Assembly (NCBI GenBank): GCA_051294375.1 | Contig: CM119264.1 | Location: 10,358,576-10,422,575, forward strand | DNA length: 64,000 nt | Direction: 5' to 3' | Origin: Paraspadella gotoi | Taxonomy: Eukaryota; Animalia; Chaetognatha | Part shown: one piece after another, positions 31,348 through 43,205 of the stretch | How the letters are laid out: each line of letters begins with the position of its first letter | Position numbering within the stretch: position 1 is the stretch's first letter | Program-made: the position numbers and the translations under genes | The notes under the pieces: model-generated | What the model was told of the DNA's origin: nothing | The model's database searches: none | Seen by the model: only the letters and a program-made list of their open reading frames with translations

Positions 31348-32893
31348 CCAGCGAGAGAACCCGGATGTCGTTTCCCCGGATCCAAACGGCAGGAACGGGA
31401 GAGGCGCAGGTGAAAGTGGTGGAGGCGTGGAGCGGCAACGCGATCTCCACGTAAGTCAAACCGCAAATGGGCGTCACGAAAACTATGAGGGCGAGGAGTC
31501 GAAAGAAGGGAAAGGGGAAAAGAGAAGTGGGGGGTTTCTTGGCGGATCCGTCGAAAAGGGCGTGCTTGGCGGCGAAAAGGGCGGGGTCGGTCGGGTGAAT
31601 CTTGGCAGAGACGACAGTGGTGACAGCGGCGGCGGAAAAGGGCGTTTTAGTTTTGGCGGGGTTTGGGTCGGCGCTGTCGGCGCGGTCGGCGACGTCGGTG
31701 GCGGCCGGGATGTCGGCGTGAGCTTTGTCGAAAGAGAGAGTCGGCGTTAAAATTAAGGGCGCGGCGTCTTTTTTCGAGACGTTCGAAGAAACGGCGTCAT
31801 CGCGCCGTCGAGATCCGGCGCCGAAAATCTCTTCCTGATTTTCGTTTAATTTTGAAAGAACTTTGGGGTTTCCCGTCATATTTTTGTCTCTCGTCCCGCG
31901 TCGACGATGAACGACGGCGTAGGAGACGACTACGACGGCGACGGCGACGAAAAAGGAGAAAAGTTTCTCGAACCAAAAACTGTAGGCGTCGTTGTTGTGG
32001 TCGTCGTCGTTGTTGTCGGGCGTGGCAACTGCGATTTCGTCTCGAAAGAGTTGGGCGCCGATCGACGCTTCGTTCTTCGTCGAGATGGAAATTACCTCGA
32101 CGGCGACGACGATAACGACGACGATAACGACGAAATGTAATCCCTCGATTATTCCGCGTAAAAACGTCAGATAAGATCTCGGCGAGGGTGATAACGAACG
32201 CGTCAAAGTCGACGTCGGAAATGACGTCCCCGCGAAGTCAGCGCCCGGACATTGCCGGGACGACGACGACGACGATAACGACGACGACGACGAGCTCTCG
32301 GGGGAGTCGATGCTCGCGACGACGACGACGACATCTTTAAGCCCTTCGTGACGACGAAGCCTTATCGAGTTCGCCCCCTCGCGGTCATTGTCGTTCCTCT
32401 CCTCGTCTTCATCCACTCCGTTTTCCTTCGATTCGCCTTCCTCCTTTTTCTCTTTTCTTTTTCCTCCCTCCGTGTCTTCCTCTTTCTTTTCTTTCTCCTC
32501 TTTCTCTTCGTACAATACGGACGATAAAATCACATTGACATCGAACACGCATGCCGCTGACCTCTTCGCCTCTCCGTCCTTTTCTTTTTCCCTTTCCTTT
32601 CTTTTCCTTTCTTTTCCCACGTGCGACTTCATTTTCTCTTTTTCTTCGTTTCTTTTCTCGAGCGTTGACCTTTGATCGTCTGCTTCCTTCACGCGGTCTT
32701 CTTGTTCTGCCTGAGACAGTGTGAGCGAAATATTCGCTTCTTTCTGTCGATCGGAAATGTTCGTCAAGACGGTGGGACGATTTAACGCTTTCCGATTGGC
32801 TGTCGAAGGGAACCAATCAGATCCGATCCGAAAGGAGGCAGATCCGGGCATCAGAGGGAAAACGCCGGGATTGTTTTCATTACTGTACGCCAT
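31348..32893 (-). CDS. First (or large 5') coding exon of an IgSF protein: long low-complexity leader, signal/anchor-like segment, N-terminal half of an Ig domain
   Basis: Longest gap-free ORF in the window: 515 codons from ATG 32893 to a consensus donor CTG G|GTGAGT at 31348/31347 (phase 1). It ends FFRLLALIVFVTPICG-LTYVEIALPLHASTTFTCASPVPAVWIRGNDIRVLSLG, with the B-strand Cys at 31408-31406 and C-strand Trp at 31384-31382. WIRxxDxxxLxxG resembles the Dpr/DIP/Lachesin/IgLON-type first domain. The remaining ORF residues (to 31268) are intronic read-through into a (TTCG)n repeat. The true start codon is uncertain. Confidence 0.7.
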
Positions 32894-33062
32894 ATTTAGA
32901 GAGCGAATAAAGCTAAGAGTGTCGCTTCGCCGTCTGTCCGATCATCTTTATTCTATTTTTAGCTGCGAAAAGAAAACCGGCAGGTGTGACAATCGATAGG
33001 TGTGATCTTATATTTCCGTCCAAGGGACAAAAACGCGTCTTGTTCTTTTTAAATCAGCAAAC

Positions 33063-33108
33063 GCTGATTGGGCGAAATTTCACAGTCCAATCCTCGCGCT
33101 GATTGGCC
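33063..33108 (-). promoter_or_regulatory. Paired CCAAT (NF-Y-type) boxes, candidate proximal promoter of the IgSF gene
   Basis: CCCAATCAGC (33072-33063) and GGCCAATCAGC (33108-33098) on the minus strand, 35 bp apart and 170-215 bp upstream of ATG 32893. A (GA)n tract lies further upstream at ~33221-33275. Confidence 0.4.
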
Positions 33109-33230
33109 GAGCGTCGAGCGAAAGAAGAAACGCCGGGTCGCCCAGGGGATCAGGCTTTGGGTCGAAGAGGTGAACCGCGCGAAAGAGGGTTTCCTCTCTG
33201 GGAGGTCCGATCGGTGAACCGAGAGGGAGA

Positions 33231-33279
<49 letters not shown>

Positions 33280-36200
33280 TTGCTTCAAGGTAGTAGAAGC
33301 TTTTGGCGCCAACTTTTTTTTTCTTGCTTGTTTATTTTTGCATCGCCAGGATGAAAGGACGATGGTTTCCGTTGCTCTTTCGTTTTCTGTTGGAAGAAGA
33401 AAAAAGAGAATCAGTAAAAATAGAAAATATTTTAGTATCAAAGTTCATTCGCTATGGATGCAGAAAATGGTGGGTTGCTATTTTAAAGTTAATAGAATTA
33501 ACCAATAATTTATATTTAAAAAAAAACCTAACTAATTTAAAAATTTAAAAAAACGATTTCAAAATTTAATCAAAATCGCAAAAACAACGTGAATTTGAAA
33601 AAAGATCAATGATCATTAAAAGCGAAACTTTAGCTTAAAATGTTTGAAAACGAGGTACCGTAAAAAAAAGGGAGTTAGGATTTGTTTCTCTTGCGGTCAA
33701 AAGAATATTATTTATTTCCTTTGGATTTAGTGTCGACCGTTTGTTTGTTTTGGGAAAAATGGGTCGTTCGATGGATTGGAGCCTTAAACTCTCGGGGTGG
33801 ATGAGGTAATGCAATTTTTCAGCCTTGAAATTTTGTAACATTGCACTACTCTCCACCCTCTCGGGCCCCACCTTAAATTTTAGAGTAAACATTTGTTGAT
33901 TAACTTTCATTCCTCTACTAATGCGGTTAACAATAAATTTAGGAAAACATTGTACTGCAGCAAAACAGTTAGCTGCTGAAACGGAAATTAAAGAGAGCAA
34001 ATAAGCTTTTTTCTAAATGTCCATTCTCTTTCTTCTTTTTTTCCCCCTCTCTCTCTCTCAGCATTCTCTCTCTCGTCTTCTCTCTCTCATTCTCATCTCT
34101 CTCTCTCCTCTCCTCTCTCTCTCTCTCTTTGTAGAATTTCGACAGGTTTTTGATAAAGGTGCGGACAATTGGCGCCCCGCTTTCCCCTTAATTACGTACG
34201 CCATTTATCTACGATTCTTCCGAGATGATCTGCTGAGTATATTTTTTGTCATCAATACTGCTTGTTATTACCTTTTTTTTCACTTTTTTTGAGATTTCTG
34301 TCTTCGGTTCTCACACCTTACTTTTTTCATGGTTGGAAGGTTTCTTAGGGAGTACCGATTTTTCCTTATTTCTACTGTTTATCCTTATGTATGTCTCAAT
34401 TTTCTAGTAAATAACTATACAACGTGAAAAAGAACTTATTATTTATATTTCAATCGAGATATATTTAGGTATTTTCAGAAAGTTTTAGTAAAACATTAAA
34501 ATTTAAAAATTTAACTGTATAACTATAACTATATACATTTCATAAATTGAAACCAAGGCGTGAACAAAAAGAAGTGTTAAAACTCATTCCTTACTAGCCC
34601 CCTTTCTGTTTTTCTCCGTGTGTCTTTTTCTCTCACTATCCAACTATCTTTCTCTCATTCTTTTCTACCTTTTTTTCTTTCTTTCATGTAAAAAGTGGTG
34701 GGGGGGGGGGGGAAGAAGGAAAAAGAGGGAACAGTAAGTGAGAATAAAAGGGTTGAAGTAAGAGTGTGTGTTAAGTCGAATCGTGACAAGGATGATGTGG
34801 AAACGGCGGTCTTTCCGTCTATTTTTTTCCGCGTAACATCGTAACATCAACACATGATGTTTGCTTGTTACGAGACGCTAAAACTATGACCATTGGCTGG
34901 AGTCACATAATCATTATAAACCTTCAAATTTGTTTCACCTTACCGCCGATAGACGCTGATTATCCGAAGACCCAATTGGTGAGTTGCCCGGGCTGAGGAC
35001 GACTTATTTTGTAATAAGTTTTGAAACAATGTTAAAATTAAACTGTCTAACGTGACGGGGAAGAGAAGCNNNNNNNNNNNNNNNNNNNNNNNNNNNNNNN
35101 NNNNNNNNNNNNNNNNNNNNNNNNNNNNNNNNNNNNNNNNNNNNNNNNNNNNNNNNNNNNNNNNNNNNNNNNNNNNNNNNNNNNNNNNNNNNNNNNNNNN
35201 NNNNNNNNNNNNNNNNNNNNNNNNNNNNNNNNNNNNNNNNNNNNNNNNNNNNNNNNNNNNNNNNNNNNNNNNNNNNNNNNNNNNNNNNNNNNNNNNNNNN
35301 NNNNNNNNNNNNNNNNNNNNNNNNNNNNNNNNNNNNNNNNNNNNNNNNNNNNNNNNNNNNNNNNNNNNNNNNNNNNNNNNNNNNNNNNNNNNNNNNNNNN
35401 NNNNNNNNNNNNNNNNNNNNNNNNNNNNNNNNNNNNNNNNNNNNNNNNNNNNNNNNNNNNNNNNNNNNNNNNNNNNNNNNNNNNNNNNNNNNNNNNNNNN
35501 NNNNNNNNNNNNNNNNNNNNNNNNNNNNNNNNNNNNNNNNNNNNNNNNNNNNNNNNNNNNNNNNNNNNNNNNNNNNNNNNNNNNNNNNNNNNNNNNNNNN
35601 NNNNNNNNNNNNNNNNNNNNNNNNNNNNNNNNNNNNNNNNNNNNNNNNNNNNNNNNNNNNNNNNNNNNNNNNNNNNNNNNNNNNNNNNNNNNNNNNNNNN
35701 NNNNNNNNNNNNNNNNNNNNNNNNNNNNNNNNNNNNNNNNNNNNNNNNNNNNNNNNNNNNNNNNNNNNNNNNNNNNNNNNNNNNNNNNNNNNNNNNNNNN
35801 NNNNNNNNNNNNNNNNNNNNNNNNNNNNNNNNNNNNNNNNNNNNNNNNNNNNNNNNNNNNNNNNNNNNNNNNNNNNNNNNNNNNNNNNNNNNNNNNNNNN
35901 NNNNNNNNNNNNNNNNNNNNNNNNNNNNNNNNNNNNNNNNNNNNNNNCCGCCCCTTCGCGATTAATCCCTGACTTCCCTTCGACTTCCACGATCTCGCGC
36001 TGTGAACTTCTTCATAAATTCTTTCATTGATTTATTACTTCTTTGCGTTTCTCCATTCCTCAGCGAATTCATTTTCACAAGCTTTTTTTAATGTTCGCAA
36101 TCATGGAGGGAGGGCGTAAAAGTTATGAAAGGAATTTCATGTCTAAATTCCGTGTCTATCTGCTCCTAATGAAAAATTCTAAATTACGCGCTTGGTTCCC

Positions 36201-36941
36201 CCATGTTTATTTACATATAAACTTATAAACTATAATTTATATATTGCCTAAAAGTGACGTTATTATAATTCTTTTTTATTAGTCATTACCTTCTCTGACC
36301 TTTTCTCCGAGAGAACGTTAACGATGCGAAATCCGAGAAGACGAGAAAATAAGACGACGACGACGACGACGACAACGACGACGACGAGACGTCGAGACGG
36401 CGTCGATTAGGAAACCCTGACAATAATTGATAATGAGCGGTCCTCCTCGCTGCGAGAGTTTTCCTCCTTCCCCACGCTCAATCGAAAGTCGGCGTCGATT
36501 ATGAAAAATTCATCCCGCGGGGATTTTATGCTTTGGATTTTCTCACGAGGCTTCGACTTCACAGCCGAGTCGTCTTGGATTCGGCAGCTGCTCTCACCAT
36601 TAATTAATTTTGGATTCCGTTTTAATTCGCCTTCGATTAATTTACGATTCCTTTGATTACGTAGAGAGAAATTGCGCGCGAGGTGACGTGAACGAACCAA
36701 TGATTTTTTTTTTAAATTTATGTATATGTATGCATTACGTTTCACGAATTGTCAAATTTTATGAGTGACCAAATATCAAAAAATCAAAAAGTTCGGGAAT
36801 TTACGCATATAATAAAAAATTTTCGTTGACGGCACATTTTTGATTCCAGGCACAGATTTTTAATGACTTAAGCGATCGAATTTCAGTATACTGTATTTTG
36901 TCTCTAGGAAATTTATAATTAGGATTATTTGAAGTTTAATA

Positions 36942-37141
36942 TTAGGTTATGTGTTAGGGTTGTAAATTAGGGTATAAGGATTGGGGTTTAGATTAGACTC
37001 GTGAGGGTTATGGGTTAGGATTTAAGGGCAGGAGGTTGGGATTAAGGTGAAGTATTAGAAATAAGGGTTAGATATTAGGTTAAGGTAATAGGAATAGGGA
37101 TAGTGATTGAATTATAAATTTTGTTTAAAATTATGGTTAGA
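36942..37141 (+). repeat. Degenerate interstitial telomere-like (TTAGGG-type) repeat
   Basis: Nearly C-free, G-strand-biased run with ~6-nt units: ttaggtt, ttagggtt, ttagggta, taagga, ttgggg, ttatgggttagga, taagggttaga, ttaggttaaggt, atagggatag. Confidence 0.6.
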
Positions 37142-37475
37142 TATTAAGTTTGATTTTAAATTTAGAATTGTAGAACGGAAATAGAGCGCTTTTTAAAGTA
37201 GTTCCAAATATCAACTGCTTTGAAATATGACGTAAAAGCGGAATGACGTCAACACAAAAATCTTAAAAAGTCGCCGGAAATTTGTTAATTTTATTTTCTT
37301 TTTTTTGGGGGAGAAAAATTGTATATTTGCCATCTTTAAATATACAGAAAGAGGATCAGAAAACAAAGTACGAAAGAATAAAAAAGATTAGAAGAGATGT
37401 GAATATAAGAGAAAAAAATATAATATGAGAGAAGATAAAAGAAGAGAAGAGAAGAGAAAAGAATAGAGGAGAAGA

Positions 37476-37550
37476 GAACAGAACAGAACAGAACAGAACA
37501 GAACAGAACAGAACAGAACAGAAGAGAAGAGAACAGAAGAGAAGAGAACA
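37476..37550 (+). repeat. (GAACA)n/(GAAGA)n pentanucleotide microsatellite within a ~500-bp polypurine tract
   Basis: gaacagaacagaaca... read directly. Confidence 0.9.
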
Positions 37551-38237
37551 GAAGGAAAGAGAAAAGAAATGAGAAAAAAGAAAAGAAAGAGAAGAGAAAA
37601 AAGTGAATGAAATGGAAAAAAATGTGAAAAGAAAAGAAGAAAAGGAATGCAAAAAAAAAAGAAAAAAAAGAAAAGAGACGGAAGAGAATAAAAAGGATTT
37701 TTCTTCTTTTCGATGAAGGCGAGTCACGTGAGCGGGTTAACTGGTGGAAGATAAAATACGAGACAAGAACCTCGACCGAAAAAAAATATATAGAAAAGAA
37801 GATAAACGAAGCAAAGAAAAGAAAAGAAAAAAAGAAAAGAAAGGAAGATGAGAAAATTAGGGTGAAGAAAAAGAAGCCGCGCAAAACAGCGATCCAAACT
37901 CTGAGCAGCTTCTTCCTTTTTTCTTTTCCTTTTTTTTTTCTCTCTCTCGAGCTTCGTTTACACAGAAAAAAAAATTGGAAGAAGGAGGAAAGTTAACATC
38001 ATCGTCGTCGTCGTCGTCGTCGTCGTCATCATCGGCGTGACTTTGCGGTTTTTCTCTTCGATCATTTCGTCGTCGGTAGTGTCGTCGTCGTCGTCGTCGT
38101 CGTCGTCTTCTTCGTCCTTACCGTGATCGAGATTCTCGGTTAGCGTGTGGAGAGAAAATTCGGAGGAAAGAAAAGAAAAGAAAAGAAAAATTAGGAGTGA
38201 GAAAGGGAAAGAGAAAAATCAAAGGAGCTCGAGGAAG

Positions 38238-38443
38238 AATGATGATGACGATGATGATGATGATTATGATGATGATGAGATGATGATGATGATGATGAGA
38301 TGATGATGATGATGATATGATGATGATGACGATGATGATGACGTCTCTCATATGAAGATTCTGATCATTTTTATCATCTGATAATTTGATCATTTTTATA
38401 ATCTTGGTGATTATGATGATCAAATTGATGTTGATGATGATGA

Positions 38444-38486
<43 letters not shown>
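38238..38486 (+). repeat. Compound (GAT)n microsatellite
   Basis: Two gatgatgat... blocks (~38238-38340 and ~38410-38486). Source of the poly-His and poly-Ile pseudo-ORFs. Confidence 0.95.
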
Positions 38487-38487
<1 letters not shown>

Positions 38488-39268
38488 TTGAAAAGGAGAA
38501 GATAAAAAGGAAAGAAAAAAAGAAGGAGTCGATTTGGAGGAAGAGAAGAGACGAGACGTGATGAGGATTAAAATCGAGATTCGGCGAATTAAGGATTTCG
38601 CGTTGACGACCAACGAAAATCGAAATCCTTTTAAAAACTTGTTCCAATTTTAGCTTCGAAATGGGGGACGACGACGACGACGACGACGACGACGAAGACG
38701 ACGAAGACGACGACGACGGGGAAAGCGACGACGACGACGACGGGGAAAGCGACGACCACGAAAACTCTGATAAGACGAGGAAATAAACACAAGAGCAACC
38801 TTGTAAATCAGAAAAGACGTACTTATATTGTCAAACAATCCAAAATGCTACTAAAAAAAATTAAATAACTTATTATATCAAAGTCTAATTAAGAAAGTTG
38901 ATAAAGAAAAAAACAAACTTTGTCTATGAAAAAGACATCGATAAATCATGTGTGGAGTGAAAATTGATGACAACGACGAAGTAAAACCAAACAAAATGGC
39001 GACGACCGAAGATGACGAATAAAGCGACGGTGATGATGGCGGATGATAAAAAAGATAAAAGATAAAAAAAAAAGACAACGGTAAAAGACGATTTAAAAAT
39101 AAAAACGACCGAAAAAACGTTTGCGACGTAAAAAGTGAACGATAACTGCGACGATGACGACGATGACGACAATAGTGACGACGACGGCGATGACCGCGAC
39201 CACGAAGGAAACGGCGATGACGTTTCAGAAACCGAAAACCAGATCCTTTCACGAGTAAGGTACTCTCT

Positions 39269-39323
<55 letters not shown>

Positions 39324-40153
39324 CTCTCTCCCCCCGGTTTTATGATGATTGCCTTCGGGATCGAAAAGCAATGAAGAAGCGTCAACGAAACCGGACGAAT
39401 ATGAGGAAAGGGTAAACATTTAAAAAGATAAGTATTGAGCAAACTGCTATGAAGAATATTTATTTAAGGCCATTCCCTGTTTGTTCTCGAGTAATAAATC
39501 AATTTGTATTTGGGTGAGTTCATCAAAGCTTTCCTTCGCCTCACCCGCCAATGATCGACCGAACGCGATAAGAAGAAACGAAGTCGCTCATAAATTTTCT
39601 CTTCGCGTCTCCTCTTCAGAATTCGAAGCAGCGACGCCACCGTTCGGGTCACCTTCTTCCCCCAAGTCCACTTCAATCTAGTACCTTTATTTTTTTTTGT
39701 TCTCTGTGCTCCGTCAGTCAGTCAGTCACTCTTCCTTGGTTTAGCTTTATTTTTCTCTTCTTCCTCTTTAACTCTAAGCAAACTTCACTTCATCATCAAC
39801 TTCAGTTCTCCCGTAACTTTCTACATCTCCGCTCATCTCCCCCATTCGACTCCTTCCTCCGATCTTTCATTGCTGACCAGTGACCACACCCCGAAACCTC
39901 TCACTTACCAACCAACCCGGCCAACTTACCTCACCCTTTTCCCCTACCGAAGCCCTTCCGACCGTCGGCCGAGAGAAAAAAAATCGCTGGCGCAGCTTCT
40001 AGCCTCGCCACGCGTCAGTAACCAATCAAGGCGACCTAATTCTGACCCCGTTTCTCTTTATCATTGGCCCCTACGACCCCTGGCGGCCGGCGCCGCGGAG
40101 TCTGCTCTAATCCCGGCGCCCGCGCGGTCCGGCGCCGCAAATTGGCTCCGACG

Positions 40154-40215
40154 ATGGGAGCCGAGTTTTCCTTGTCGTCTTTTGACGTCGAGGGTTGCCG
40201 ACGAGTGGAGCCGAG
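40154..40215 (+). CDS. Possible first coding exon (MGAEFSLSSFDVEGCRRVEP, phase-2 donor); product unknown
   Basis: Lies in a GC-rich island with CCAAT/ATTGG boxes (~40023, 40063, 40141). ATG at 40154 and donor GAG|GTAAGA at 40215/40216. MGxxxS fits the N-myristoylation pattern. No downstream exon identified. Confidence 0.2.
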
Positions 40216-40729
40216 GTAAGAAATTAGGCGGAACGGGGTCGCATTTAAGCAAATCGCCGTAAAAATTAGTAATAAATTAATACTGACAGAAATATCTCGT
40301 AAAACTGAGTGATTTTTTTCAAAACTTTCAACGACTTTTTTTTTTCACTTTGTCTCATCTCTCGCTCAATTCTTTATCCTTCCTCTCCCTCACGTTTAAG
40401 AACCGGGTAGCGTTTCTCCTCTTTTACAGATCGAGCTAATTCCTCAAATCATAATAATTATTTATTATGTAATAGTATTCTGGTGAAAATGATACTACAT
40501 AATATTAAGGTGTGAGCAAATACAGTTAAACTTAAACGATACCACCGAATCTAAAAAGTAAACGACTTTTCCGAAAACCTTGGTTCTCCTTCACCGTTAA
40601 CATCGTGTACGTAAAAAAATCGTGTACGTGAAAGAAATGATGCAATTAAGACAACCCAGAATTTTTCTTCGGAATGATCAGAATCTTTCCACCGAACTCT
40701 TTACTTAATTCATCCAGTTGTTTCTAACT

Positions 40730-40965
40730 TTCTCTTCTCTTCTCTTCTCTTCTCTTCTCTTCTCTTCTCTTCTCTTCTCTTCTCTTCTCTTCTCTTTCTT
40801 CTCTTCTCTTCAGAAACTCTCCCGACTTTCATGGCACATTTCTCTCCCGACTTTCTCTTCTCTTCTCTTCTCTTCTCTTCTCTTCTCTTCTCTTCTCTTC
40901 TCTCTCTTCTTTCTCTTCTCTTCTCTTCTCTTCAGACACTCTCCCGACTTTCATGGCACATTTCT
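40730..40965 (+). repeat. (TTCTC)n tract containing two copies of a 33-bp unit
   Basis: caga(a/c)actctcccgactttcatggcacatttct at ~40811 and ~40933, embedded in ttctc repeats. Confidence 0.85.
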
Positions 40966-42587
40966 TTCTCCCATTCGTTCTCCCGCCATTCGATTTTTTT
41001 TTTTCTCCTTTTCTTTCCTATCCCTCAATTTTTCTTCCTCGATTCCTCCCTTTCCTCCTCTCTCCTTTCCTTTTCTCCCCTCTCTACATCTGCTTCAGTT
41101 CCCAGCTCTTTACAGCTTTTTCCCCTGCCTCGATTAATCTAAACGACGGTGGGAACTTATCCTGTCGCCGAGAAAGTCGAGCCACGCCCCCTTGGATGGC
41201 GAGGTGGGGGACGAGCGAGGTCGGACCCAAAGCCCGTCGGGGACGAATCGGGCTGAATGAGGAAGGAAAAGAAAAGATGGCCAAGGGAAGTTTGGGGCAA
41301 AGGAGAATAGAGGGAAAAGAAAAGATCACGAATAGGCGGGGCCCGATTGGGAGTGAGGCAGCGCAGATTTAGGAATTGGCATTAGGCAATATCCGGTTGA
41401 CCGGGATGTGAAGAAAACTTGAACAAGAGCCACTGGTTAATTTAAAACATCGAAGAGAAGGTAAGGGTAGAGGCAAGAGCAGACAAGGGCACGGAAACTG
41501 TCCTGTGACCAGTAAGCATTTAGCGAACAATGTTTAGCATTCAAAGCGAACATCAGAATATAATTTTAAAAAATGAACAAAATTGAACGCATGATAGTGA
41601 ACCCACTGGACAGTGGACACTGAACAGTTGACAGTGAAAAAATATAATAAGGATCCTTATCTGATACTCCTTTTTTTCGGCGGTTCAGCACCGATTAGGA
41701 TGTAATCAGTTCGTCGCATCCCCTTAGCCCACTTTGTTAATAAATCCACAAGAAAAAAAGAGAAATAAAGATTGTATGTATGATCTTAATTCGCCAATTT
41801 CCTCGATCGAGTACGAGCCTCTCGTGTCACCGTCCGACGTAATCAAAGGACTTCTCTTTTCTGTCTCGCGAACGAGTATCAGCCGACGTCACCAGCTGTT
41901 CCGGATCGAGTGGAAACAGCTGCGCAAAGATTCCGATCTCGTTCAGTGTTCACTGTTCTCACGCTTTGCTATAGGCGGTCACACTTCTTACAACGTTGGG
42001 TAAGCACTAAGCAGTGAAGCTTTTTTTCGAAAAAACGCTGATAAATGAAAGATATACAGTATTTAATTATTTATATCTTTCGTAATGTATGACTTATTTG
42101 TATCACAGATTAAAGGTAAAACGAAAATTATGTATATTTTTAAGATAACATTCAATAAGATTTCTCTAAAAAATTCCCAGCTTTGAAGGAAAAAACGCTG
42201 AAACGTGGAAAACACAAGCTTTGGTTCCAATTTCCAACAGCTGTGGTTTCGAAACCAAAAACAGCTGCCTGATGGCATCGACCCCATTCTCGGTTTTCCA
42301 GTGAACACAGCGGGATCAATGTCGTTCAGCTCATTCTCTCTCACCAGTTTGACTTAACAAAGTCGTCTTTCGATACGGCGGGCCGGTCGTGATCGGTCGT
42401 CTCGTTTTTAGCCTTTCTTATTTTCTTTTCTTTTTTTTTCAGAAAAAAATTGTGGCTTCTTTTTTTTAGGCCTTTAGAAAAAGCAAAATATACATTTTTA
42501 GACGCGCGCTTTAGAGTGTCGTCCTCTGTCAAATGCAAATGTCTTTTGTCACTTTGCGTTTGTCTCTTGCACTTTCTTTCCTTTTTT

Positions 42588-42689
<102 letters not shown>

Positions 42690-43104
42690 TCCAAACTCCT
42701 GACTCGACTCATTAGGCGCCTCGTTTTCTTTCTCCGTTCCACCTCCATCATCCTTCGTTCCATTTCCGCCGTCGAATCAGTGATGGCGATGCCACCCCAA
42801 CTCTGCCACTTTGCCATTCTGCCGTCACGCCAGCGCCACCGACGAGGAATTGACGAAGAGTTGCTGGGATGTCGCACATCGGTTTGGATTTGGTTAGCTT
42901 TGATTTATTACGAACCATATTTAAATTTTGTAACTTTACTGCTGCATATTTTTTATTTAACAATTCGTTGACTGATAGTGGTTTTTTAAACATATGCATC
43001 TCGGCAACTGAGCCAGGTCTGAAAATTCAGAAATCACACACTTGAAACCTTAGGGAGAGTCTCACTTTTATTTTTGATAAAAACCTTTCCTTTTTTTCTC
43101 ATCG

Positions 43105-43205
43105 ATTGGTCACTTTCTCCTCCCACGTCACCGCAAACCGGAAGTGAAGTTCCGAATTTTCCTCTTCGTTTGCGTCTCTCGAACTCTGGGTTAAAAATGG
43201 CCGCC
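43105..43205 (+). promoter_or_regulatory. Housekeeping-type metazoan promoter motif set: CCAAT, CRE-like, ETS, YY1-like (mirror copy at ~55013-55117)
   Basis: ATTGG 43105, CACGTCA 43124, ACCGGAAGTG 43137-43146 and AAAATGGCCGCC 43194-43205 within 100 bp. Confidence 0.45.

Noticed and set aside
41790-42360. Ig- or LRR-looking snippets (VTVRRNQRTSLFC, LWFRNQKQL, NELNDIDPAVFTG)
   Set aside because: They fall in different frames and strands, are interrupted by stops, and cannot be assembled into a domain.
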